A stretch of DNA of 63,997 bases, the filler included, from Lenisia limosa (lineage: Eukaryota; Protista; Breviatea), in NCBI GenBank assembly GCA_001655205.1. It is 10 parts of 10 records of this genome, joined end to end, with 100 filler letters (N's around TTAATTAATTAA, not from the genome) between each part and the next. Parts side by side here need not be neighbours in the genome. Positions count along the whole stretch, not along the records: positions 42,736 to 59,561 come from LPNZ01005542.1; 9 more parts are not named here. One strand, written 5' to 3'. The notes below the pieces were generated by a model, which was given only the letters and a program-made list of their open reading frames with translations, had not been told where the DNA came from and did no database searches. Position 1 is the stretch's first letter. The number at the start of each line of letters is the position of its first letter. A program made the position numbers and the translations under genes. This document shows positions 45,586-57,138 of the stretch, in pieces.

Positions 45586-48500
45586 ATGCCTCCTCATGTT
45601 CCTAAGGAAGCGGGAGGTAAATGGATCGAAGCCTTTGTCGATCCTTTGGTTTGCTAGGTTCACACTTCTACAAATCAGTTTCCGTTTTTGCCCTGTTGTA
45701 TGGACCTATAAAATACTATATTATTGACATTTTCTTTTTCTTTTTTTTCTCTACAAAACCATCTAACGGTTTCAGGCATCAGTATCAGCCTATTCAGGCC
45801 TGTTGTGTTTGGCTGACATTGATGGTGATGGCTCCGCTGAGCTCATCATTGCCGACCTCTCTCAGAAGGTCAAAATATATAAAGGTAAGGAATTATCTTG
45901 ATTTAGTTCAAGAAATCCCTTTTGAGAACGAGACATGTTGGCCTATCTACATCATTTAAGAGCATTTGTTAAACCAATTATCAGGAGGAGTATCTAAAAG
46001 AGATGGGGACTATTTTTCAATAAGGTAAATCATTGGGACCCTTAGTTATAAATGTGATGGTGTGGAAGGCTTCTATGTCCCCCTTTTTTTTTCTCATTTG
46101 CAAAATATATTTATGAACCAGGCACCCGAATGTTCCAAGAGTTCCCTCTTCTTGATGTCCCCACTGCTGCTGTCACTTACCATATGGAGGATAGAGAAAC
46201 ACCTGTTCTAGCCATTGCAGCAGGTTGGTCGCTGCTGCGTCTTTGGCCTTAAGTGGTTGAGTTTTGATTCACTCTTCAGGTCCTTCCATTTACGTCTTCA
46301 AGAATCTCCAGCCACTTTATAAATTTACTCTTCCTGGTAGGAGGCAGGTGTCCTTCCACCTCCCAACATAATAATCACTTTAAATATGTTGTTTTCGTAT
46401 TCTATTACCATTCACTCAATTTAGACTCCCAACTGGACCCAGGGGAAGCCGACATTTGGGCCTCCTTGAAGGAAGGTCTGGAGGGTGTTGTCTCTCAGAT
46501 TGTTACCACTCTATCGAAACCCTTATCAGCGTGATGGTATTGACGGTTTTAACCGACATTTTTCCACCCGTGTACGTGTTCTACTTTCATAGACCAGGTC
46601 GTATTGACGCAGAGACGGTTCAGAACCAGCTGCTTGCCCTCAAGGACACGCCCCCAAGTGCAGGCGAGTCGTCAGGCCGACTGCTTACCACACAGGCTCA
46701 CACTATTTGCGCTACATCGAATGTTGACGAGGTAAGCTCATTTTATTTGTTGGTCATCGTTTAGTTGAACGAAATGGTTGCACACTTCAAGGAAACAACA
46801 ATTGCCCTCCCGGTTGGTTCTACAGATTATTTGTGGAATTTTCTGAGTGAAAGGCTGGGCGAATAACACTCTACTCATCCCTTCAGAGTAGTATTGTTGC
46901 TATGTCGTCCCTCTACAGAACAATGGACGATGAAATGTCCCAAGGAATGGTTAGGGGCCAGTTAATTACTCTCATCAAAAGCTGATGACATTTGGGTTGA
47001 TTTAATGTAAAAGATCTAAATACCTTGCAAAAGTAATATCTGGTGTTATTCTAAATTTAATGATATATTCAGCCCTTTGGGATTGAAAAGGGGTAAATTC
47101 TTACCGTGTAGCTTGTTTTGGGTACAGAGACGCGCGAGATCTTGATCCTCAACCCTACCGCGGCGAATATGGTTGTGAAAGTTAAGCTGCCATCACCCGC
47201 TGTACAGGTTCGCTTTCAACAAGTGTTCAGTTGACGTGATGGTTTGATCGCTTTAGATTGAAGTTATCGGCAAATTCACGGTGGAGTATCGAATCGCTGT
47301 TGCGGTTTGAGGAAGGAATGCACAACAGTACAACAACATCACCCTATTTCCTGGACATTTGACTGTTTAGTGCCGAGATGGCCGTGTGCGAATGATACGA
47401 AACGGCTCACTTGTAAACACTATCATTGACCTTGAAACTCATGTGGGTGGTGTTATTGTATTCTGTTCTTCGTTATTCTCCAGCCTGTTGGAATGGTCCT
47501 CCTTGAACGACATATTTACCTCTCTTGCATGAACAAAAACCTCCAGTGCTTCACATCCAAGGTAAGTACAAATACAATGGAATATTCCTGACACTTCAGG
47601 CAAAAAAGTCCTTTTCCAAGAAACTACCTGGTACAGTGACCTGTATGTGCAAGCTGTTCCACGCGGCAAGGCGAGTGGTTTGTTATTATTTATGTTGTTC
47701 AATGGGTAACTCTTTAGAACTTGGTTGTTGTTGCTCTCGACACTAGGGAGGTGATGGTCTTCAAGGAAGAAGGCGTCGTGTCGGTTTTCAGTGAGAGGGG
47801 GGGGGGTGAAGAGCTTCTTGCCTGCTCTTTTTTTGGTAGCAAAATTGAACACAATGATTTTTGTACTTACAATTGCAGTTGCCAAAGACGTGGTAGTATC
47901 AATGGCCTATGGAAAGTATGGACGAGAAGATGTATGCGGGACGGGTTTCTCAGGCCAGTATTTTATGAAGTGTTTGCCTCGGTATTGTCATGAATACTTG
48001 ACGAGTTCACCTTTCAGGGAGCTCTAGCCTTGGCCTTAGCTGGTGGCGGGCTTGAAGTTCGATTCCTCCCAAGGCGGACCAATCTTGATGATTGTAAGTT
48101 GAGCTTCGCAAAAAGACAGCAATGATGACAATGGCTTTGTTTTTTGGAGTTATTATTTAGCTGTTACCAACAATGGTCCACCACCAGAACAAGATATTCC
48201 ATTGAGTGTGCCCAAGAAAACACAACTTTGGGTGGGCGACAGCTTAATTATCGTCATCTAATATAGAATCCTCTTTTGTTTACAGTCTGTTTTGATCCTG
48301 ATTCTCATGACAATTGAAGGTGGACCAACAAGAAAGAGAAAAGCAAGTTGGAGAAGAAATGCACAGACTGTTCCAAAGAGATCTTTACAGGTGAGAGTAG
48401 AACTGCTGGCTGTTTNNNNNNNNNNNNNNNNNNNNNNNNNNNNNNNNNNNNNNNNNNNNNNNNNNNNNNNNNNNNNNNNNNNNNNNNNNNNNNNNNNNNN

Positions 48501-49349
48501 NNNNNNNNNNNNNNNNNNNNNNNNNNNNNNACCACAGCGGCTGAAATGAAAGCGTTCTAGCCAGAATTAAGTGCTTGAATAATTGTCACAGGTGTCTGCA
48601 TCTGTTATGGGACTTGGGAGTCCAAACTTCATTGTCACTCTTTCGGTGGAGAACACAAGTGGGTGGACTGTGGGAGCTGGGCTGGCCGAAAATATAGAAT
48701 GATAAAAATGATTGTTTTTTTTTTTTGCCTATTATTTTGTTCAGCGTTGAGTGTCTTCTTAGTAACCATTTATTACTGCCAGTTAAACCGAGATTGGAAT
48801 GGTAACTTATGACATGTCCTGGTTCCTGCTCTGACCACCTTCCGCTTTCCTTATATTTGCTATATTCGAGTAAAGTGCAGTTAGAAAAAGTTTGATTTTC
48901 GATTTGTCACCTTACTCATCTGAATAGGTAAAAAGGGCCTTGAAGGGCTGACTGTTTCCACATCAGCTGATGTTGACCTCTACTCAATCTCCAATCCCCA
49001 CTTCTCGGTAAGCATATTTGTAAATAGTCATTCCTATTAACACTAAAGGTTCCTTATTTAGTACCCTGTGTCCCGCTGAAGTTTAACATCACTGTCAAAT
49101 GCCTGGTTTGGCGGATTGAGCATCATTAATCTTGAGTCGTTGTATTTTTTTCTTTATATCTTCAGCCAACTGCTGCCGGAAGGGTCGGAGACATCGTACG
49201 GATTATGGTGGGTGATGTCCAGGTTTTGATCAGTGTTGCACACAAAGATGCGGAGTCTGACTCTTCAGGTTGGCTCAGCAGCCTCGCACGTGCCTCTGGT
49301 CACTGCAATGGCCCAACTCCCCACCCCCTCGCTTGATGTCGAGGCCTAG
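45586..49349 (+). CDS. BBS1: Bardet-Biedl syndrome 1 BBSome subunit
   Basis: KWIEAFVDPL, LCLADIDGDG, GPSIYVFKNLQPLYKFTLP, LVLGTETREILILNP, YGKYGRED, PPPEQDIPLSVPKKT, MHRLFQRDL, PLVTAMAQLP...EA*. Confidence 0.92.
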
Positions 49350-49467
49350 TTCTGTTTCTTATGTAACCCTGTTTCCCTTTTGCGAGCAGCCAACCATGAT
49401 GAAAAGTCGAAATAAGGTGAAACATTAAACAAGGAAACAGAGAAAAAAACAATACAGAAACACCATC

Positions 49468-52400
49468 CTAGAATGATTCGACGAAATAGCGCTCATGGAG
49501 CTTCTCTCCGTACTTCTCCAGTTCCTCACCCTCAATACCCAGTTCAACACCGCAGGCAGACTAAACCGTCAGAATGACCACCAGTAGGCAACAAAAGGTA
49601 TCTTCTTGTCAGTTATACAAAAAAAAAAAATAAGGTAAAATTATGATATCTTTGGTGAGTAATGCCTGCTCACCTTGATAGAGGCGAAGACCTTCTCAGG
49701 GACTCCGAAGGAGACACCACAGTAGAAGATCTTGCAGTTGTCATGCTTGGCAATGTCGGCTGCAGCCTAGGCTGTTAGAAGGGGATGCAACAATGATTAA
49801 AGGGACAGTAATGCATTTGAAAATCAATTATAATGCCATTCCACACAACTGTCAAGAAAACCCTCTACAAACCTTAGGGTTCTTGGCCATGATGTCAGGG
49901 ATGGTGATGAACTCCTTTTGGTCATGGGAGAACGCGGTTTGCACGTCCGTCACAATTCCGTTCTTCTTGTACTCCTCCAGCTACACTTTTAGACTCGAAC
50001 TCTCTAAATATGGACACATGGTCGTAGTACTTGGCAGAGTCAGACCTCTTTTTTAAGCACGAAGTCCTTGTCGTTGTGGCGGCAGGCGTAATAGAACGTA
50101 CAAGGGCCCAGGACCTTGCCTGCTTTCTACAGCCGTCATATGGGATATGCTTAAGTTTAACAAAGAAAAGGACATATGGTGTGCTCCAGACCTTCTGTCC
50201 CTCACGCTCCTGAAGGAATGCGCGGAAGGCCGATACTCCGGTCCCGAGTCCGACAAGCATGACGGGGGCTGAGCAGTCGCTGGGAGGGGACAGGATCCCG
50301 GCATGGCGCTATGAGGTCAGACTTCAAGGTTTTGGTGTTAGTGTCATCCCTAAAGACGGATTGTCTTGATGCACACCTGGATAGGGATGGTGACCTCTCC
50401 GTCTTCGGGGTGCAGGTTGAACATGAAGTTGGTGCAAAGGCCTCTCTTCCAGTCGCCCTACTGTGTCAAGCGTCTCGAAACGCAAGAGCAGGCAAGTATT
50501 ACAATGATACCAAAGAACCCATCCAGATGAACACGTCGGAACAAAGTTTGGTGCATCCATATCTGGAACTCCACATTGGGCCAACCTTGGGGCTCTTCCA
50601 CATGTTGAGAACGGCCAGGAGTTGGACGTTGTCGGGGTTCATGAGGGGGGATGACGCCGAAGAGTACAGACGGGGGCTGTGGGGTGAGGCTTTTCACAAG
50701 TTTGTTTTTTTAAAAAAAAAGACTGATACTTTTTACTTGGAAACTGACTTCCCATACCGCATTTCAGGAAGGACAGTCAGGAGAATGTCGAAAGGAATGT
50801 CAGGGCAGTAGTGCAGGAGAATGTCAGCAACACTATGCGCCATGCTGTAGACTTTGTAAGCGTCTGAGGGGTCAGATTACTGAGAGGGAGAAACAAGCAA
50901 CTAGCATTGACGGACCTTCATTGCCCTCTTCAAGGAGATGCTTGATTGAGGCCTTGTGGTTGTCGTTGTCCGTGAAGTGCCACACGCAGGAGAGGAGTCC
51001 ACGGGTGCAGGCACTATAAACGTAAACACAGGAATGTTTAACAAAGCATGCCGTTTATCAGAGAATTCTCTACGTTTTTTTTAAAGGGAAGCCTATTTTG
51101 ACAACTCACCTAAAGAGGTCAACATGCTGCTCGAAGAGTTGTCCGACAGAGAGACGCTCGGGGATGTGGGACTCAACGTCGGCTAAGGGGTCAAACATGT
51201 CTTTGTTTTCAAAAAGCAAAGTCCGAAGTGCAAGGCATACTTGAGGTAGACTTAATATACAGACCCATATTGTAAGACAGGCCGTAGGCTTCAAGGAACT
51301 CCTCAACCTAAGCAGTGAGCACATTCGTTCAACAGTGGGAGTTATGAAGGACAAGGTGACACCCCCATACAGCCTTGCGAGGATTGCGGGGAAGGACCTT
51401 AAAGTGGTCTCCGGCAACGTATTTGGTCTTGAGTCCCGCAATGTCAAGGTCAAGGTAATGTACTTCTCTCTGAAAGGTTAAAAAAGGCATGACATACCAG
51501 TCACAAAATTTGTTTACGGTATACATATCACATGTATTTGTTTCCCTAGATTTCTAATGTATATTATTTCTCTTGTTCAAAAATAAAAAACACAGACCTC
51601 GTAGTCGGCAGGGGTCCAGAGTTCGTTCTTAGCCACCTTTGCAAGCTCGAAGCCCTTGGGGCACACGTAGTCAAATGCACAGCCCTTCCTGAGAGGGGGG
51701 TAAAATGATTGATGCTAGTGTGGGAAGCGATACTCTTTCAAAAAGAGTTGAGCATGACTTTGGTGGAATGGCACGTAAAAAACCAGCCTACTTGGCAAGG
51801 CCCATGGTGACAGAGTATCTTGGGAGAGGAGGGCGGTCCACGAACACATTCTCATCTTTGAGTACTCCGATGCGCCAAGGGTCGAAAGCCGCACGATGCT
51901 AGGTGGTCAGGGTTGCCTTGGTTTCAAATTCTCGAAAAAGATAAAGATGAAGAAAAAAAACAAGGCATACAGCGCCTGGTGCAAGAGCGTCACCACATTG
52001 GACGTCCCGGACCATTACGCAGCCGGACTCGACCAGCTTGGAGTGGAGTTTCTACAAGGTCATAATGTGGTCGTCACATTTACCCTTTTTCACATATTCA
52101 ACTCTGCAATAATATATCATATCGTTATGTATGTCCAGTATGTGTATAAACTGATTCCTCCACCTACCTTGGCGGGGCGACAGAAGTTGGTGAAGCTTTT
52201 GGATCCGAGGCCGAAGACGGAGGCCTTGAGGCCCATCAGCTCAGGGGTGCTGCGGTTCAGGTCTTCCCAGAACTCCAGGGAATTCAGAGGGAACTGAAGT
52301 GTGAAAACTAAGCGGCTTTGCCACCGAACGGAGTTCATTCCTTTGTTGGTTATTGTGGCCTTTTTGTGGGGTTAACATAATAAATCAAAATATCGCTCAC

Positions 52401-55400
52401 ATCGCCGTCACCGGTGGTAGCCATGACAAAGAGGGCAAGGGGAGGCTTTCCGGACTCCTTTCCTCTCTTGATCATCTCGACAAGCTTATCAAGACCGAAG
52501 CTGTCCATTGAGCTGTAGAGAACCTGAAGGAGGTGAAATTCGAATAAAAACAGGAAAGGGCAGCCTAACCTTGATGCCGTTGTTGAGGAGAAGATCCGCC
52601 TTGACGGCGGCGGCGGCGGCCTGAGCTGTTCCGCCGGTTGAGCCGAAGAGAACGGCAACTTCGCGACCATCAGCTGCTCCGATTTCATCAATTACCTGGG
52701 GGGGGGGGGNNNNNNNNNNNNNNNNNNNNNNNNNNNNNNNNNNNNNNNNNNNNNNNNNNNNNNNNNNNNNNNNNNNNNNNNNNNNNNNNNNNNNNNNNNN
52801 NNNNNNNNNNNNNNNNNNNNNNNNNNNNNNNNNNNNNNNNNNNNNNNNNNNNNNNNNNNNNNNNNNNNNNNNNNNNNNNNNNNNNNNNNNNNNNNNNNNN
52901 NNNNNNNNNNNNNNNNNNNNNNNNNNNNNNNNNNNNNNNNNNNNNNNNNNNNNNNNNNNNNNNNNNNNNNNCATGGGGCCAGCGGGTAAGATATATGTCT
53001 TACCCTTTTGTGTATTCATATACTATTTCAGATTTTAATTCTGATGTAAATGAGAGTTCACCGATTAAAGGTTTTAAACTATCAGAAATTCGTGATATTA
53101 CTGATTTCCCATTGGTTATCGAAAATACTAAGAAACAAGTTGGAATACATATTATTTTTAAAATTCCATGATCATAACGCCTAGAGCCGTCCCAAACAAT
53201 AAGAGTGAATGCAATTAAAAACGCACAGTATCACTTGTTAAATAGTGTGAAACAATGTAGCAAGGTGAGCAGAAGAAATACTATTCTTGAAATAATCGAA
53301 GAATCTTGTATGACAATATCTAACATAGAAATAAGAAATATAGAAAAAAGCAAAAGAACAAAAGAACAAACCTCGCGAGAGGCAAGGATGGTGAAGTCTT
53401 CGAGGTTGTTGATCTGGGCGTTGCACTTCTCAATTACCTATATAATAAGGGTGGCGACAGGGTTGACATACCTTGACTGCAGTGTCACGGCCGGCTTGCC
53501 ACATCTCCTTGAGAACTTCCTGCAAAGTCACATCAGTTCAGTTGGCTCAGTTCATTTAAGGCACTTACCTGGGTGGGAAGGTACTGGCAGGTGATAGCCG
53601 GAGAAGTCTCGTAGAGCTTGAGGGACTGTGAGAGGTTGTTGAGAGCCCCGACAAGAGCTGGTTTGTTCCATCCGTATGAGCCAAAGCACATTCCTAATCC
53701 GTCAATAAAGAAGAACCCACAGCATGTTGAAATAAGAAGAGAACAAAAAGGTAGTATCTGGTGTAATAATCGCGCCTACCGAGTCTATGCTTCGGAGAGA
53801 GCCCAGCAACGTAGTTCACAGCCTGGGCAATGGGTGGCATGACGGACTCATTGAGGCAAGGTGATCTGAAGGAAATGTCATAGCCTGACAGCAACATCGT
53901 ATCAAAATAGTGAGGAAGTGTGTGGCTAAAAAAGCCTAATCGTACCCAATAACGATGGCGGCGGCGTCAAGAACCTCGGTAGCGATGGTGGTAATGTGGC
54001 GGCGGGCGGCGTTAACAAGACGCACCTCTACACCAAGGGTTTGGGCACCGTCGGCAAAGGCCCCGGCCATGAGCTGTGTGGACTGGTACATGCTATCGTA
54101 GATGATGACAATCTTGGGGTTGACCTGGCCAGTGGTGAACAAGGGGAAGGTGAAAGGGGTGCTTGGACATTTATAAAAGAAGAAGAAGATAACTAACCAA
54201 AGTATTGACACTATTCACCATCACAGGGTCTGAGAGAGAAAAAAAGAGATACGATCACCAACCTTCTGATGGGCGTAGTCTGCATAGGCGGTGATGACTT
54301 CTCCAATGTGCTTTCTCCAAGACACACCGTGAGCAGTGAGAACCTGCGAGGTCAATAGGTGGTTTGTGATGAGGGGGACTCAACCTTCTTGATAGGCAAG
54401 TTGAGGGGGAGAACAGCGTCCAGGGTGCGGCGGATAGCGGCATCACAAGGCATCAGAATATTGGCCTGATTAGTCAGTCATGTCAAGGAGATCTTCACCG
54501 CCAATGCAGTACCCCTCCCTCACGTAGTACTCCTTCTGGAGAGCCATGATGGTCTCGACAGAGTGTTGGTCGTCCCAGAGACGGGAAGTTGCGAAGTGCT
54601 GTCCGAATCCGTCGTTGGAGTACAAGATGTTGTCGTAGGGAGACCAGGCCCATGCGGAGTCGGGCCAATGTGCACCGGGCGTGCTGACGAGATGCAGGGT
54701 TCTCTTACCAATGCAAAGAGGGGCGTCGGCAGTGAAGACCTGGGGGAATCAGTAGATAATGGAGGCAGAAGAATGATGAAACTAAAATTGATAAAATCAT
54801 TTCATAGAGGCTTACCTGCCACTTCCAGGTTGTCGTATCGTAGTTCTGTTCCATGGCACGCTTGCACGCCTCATTAGTCACCACCGTGATCTCGGGGTTG
54901 AGGGCCAAAAGATGGGGGAGACTGGAGGTGTGGTCTGTTGCGTAAGAAGAGGAGGATTTAATAACAAGAAAGCAACGCTAGCTCACCAGGCTCAGCGTGG
55001 TTGAGGAGGACGTACTTCAACTTGGCAATTTCAATATGATTTGAAATGTTCTCAAGGAGGGTTTGGGCAAAGGGGTATTTCACCTGGATGTTGTTAATCA
55101 GCGCATGACAATATGAAAACCAACGGTATCGATGAGAGTTGGCTGCTCGTCAAGAATCAGGTAAGCGTTGTAGGAAGAACCATTTTTGGTTTCATATCCA
55201 TGGAATTCAGTTACATTCCAATCCTAAAAAAAAACATGAGGACTGAATTGAAAAGCATAAAGAGCAGTAGTCCTTCAAACAGCCGGGTCTCCCCAACATA
55301 CCACTGCTCCAACCCAGTGAACATCAGGAGCCATTTGGGTCTCTTGAGGGACGTCAGGATTCATTGGTCTGACATCTCTAGTGACGGCAGGGGCCGATCC

Positions 55401-55692
55401 AGTGAAGCCAAATGAGTTGATTTTGTAACTAGGAGCACTGAAGCTGTAACTAGGGAAACAGTATTGGAAAAACTTACGATAGAGAGGAATCAATGACTTT
55501 CAATCCATTCTCGACAGTGCTCTTGCCCCATAACTTCTGAGCTTCATCTTCAGTGGGCCTCATATCGCTAAAAGAGAAAATAATAAGAATGATTCGTGAA
55601 TGATTCGCAATCATGAGAAAAAGTCTTGAATGGGAGAGAGAAGAAACGTGACAAACACAACAGTTTACCCACGCAATAGACTCCTGTGCCAT
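49468..55692 (-). CDS. Flavodiiron protein (A-type flavoprotein) fused to a CPR-like diflavin NAD(P)H oxidoreductase
   Basis: FDP core [37 protein letters not shown]; then [86 protein letters not shown]. Confidence 0.92.
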
Positions 55693-55859
55693 GGTTTTTT
55701 GCTAAACGGAAAAAACTACGTAGGTTCAGCACAAGTATTAATTCTCAGATAGAGGTGTGCAAAACTGAATAATTTTCAGAGTTTCGAGAATGTAGTACAG
55801 CAGATCACTTTAATTCAAACAACGTCCTCTTCTTTTCGCGCAAACTGGCGCAAAAAAAA

Positions 55860-57130
55860 AAACAGATGACCGTGGCATGGGGTAGTAGAATATATTCAGT
55901 GGGGATACGACGCGTCAAAATAAATGTGGTGGTTCGCCCTGCCCCACTATGTTGTTTAGAACGCCACTAGCCATACAACTAATTTTTTGAAGAAATCATA
56001 ACCTTCCACATTCCGATCTCCCAAGATTTCAAAAGGGTAATACCGTCATACCGTCAGTTAACCCTTGTCCAAGCAGAACCCATTCACTTTGAAGAAAAGT
56101 GTGTAACTAAATCATATCTCATTAGCGTGATGGTGTGGACTGCTTCGGCCATATAAACTCTTTTTTTTCTCAGCTACATAATTCATACTGAACTCCCCTC
56201 TCCCAAGATAAATATGACTCCCCCAGTGAAGATAAAACTCTATTGAGAAACATTAAATAAGTAGNNNNNNNNNNTTATGTTGTGTCCATTGGTGTAGGCT
56301 TGGCGCGCTCGTATGATGGCGTGATAATCTGTTGGTTAGTTTGTGATAGTATAAATTGTTAATTAGTAATGAATAATTTCCAAAAAAAAAATCAATAGCA
56401 ATTATAGTCCTATTCCAAAACAAGTTTTGGATATCCACATTGTATAAATTGTTAATTAGTGAGAATCTATTGTTGGTTAATGAAGTAATGTTATATTGTA
56501 GTGGTAATCAATTATTATTGGTTTATTTGGATGATCTTGATTCTATTGGTTAATTGATCTCTAAAATCCTCAAGAAATATGGAAACATCCATCCCCTCTT
56601 CTTCAAATACAAACAGTACATAAATTTTACCCCCACCAAATATTTACCCGGATTTTGAGGCATTCACGCCTTCACACGCCTTCTCATATGCCTTGTGTTA
56701 TATTTGTGTGATATTGTTAATACACTTATACACCTATCATCACATTATGTTCTCGGTAGTCAATGAAGTGACAAACAACGACCATCACATTCCAGGCATA
56801 TCATACATCAACTGACAAGACAGGAAACTGAGGTAAGGAAGTGTGTGTGTGGTGTGTGTGTGTGTGGGGGGGGGGGGNNNNNNNNNNNNNNNNNNNNNNN
56901 NNNNNNNNNNNNNNNNNNNNNNNNNNNNNNNNNNNNNNNNNNNNNNNNNNNNNNNNNNNNNNNNNNNNNNNNNNNNNNNNNNNNNNNNNNNNNNNNNNNN
57001 NNNNNNNNNNNNNNNNNNNNNNNNNNNNNNNNNNGATTCACAACCAAGACGTTGAAGAGAAGAGAGAGAAAAGAAAAGAAACAACCATACTAATACAAAG
57101 AAAGACAAGCGAAAGAAGAAACGGAACGTA
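55860..57130 (+). CDS. Possible small hypothetical multi-exon gene
   Basis: Strong donor GAG|GTAAGG at 56831 followed by a G-run; candidate exons HIIHQLTRQETE|TLKRRERKEKKQPY*; 5' structure unresolved. Confidence 0.3.
56114..56165 (+). repeat. GCCGAAGCCG repeat, opposite-orientation copy
   Basis: ATATCTCATTAGCGTGATGGTGTGGACTGCTTCGGCCA matches the reverse complement of copies 1 and 4. Confidence 0.6.
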
Positions 57131-57138
57131 GATTGGAC

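Noticed and set aside
49269-49281. Possible 13-nt micro-intron in BBS1
   Set aside because: A normal intron (GTGGGT...CTGAC...CAG) yields IM|VGSAASHVPL in frame.
55830-55860. E2F-like TTTTCGCGC site upstream of the FDP gene
   Set aside because: Single short match with no supporting context.
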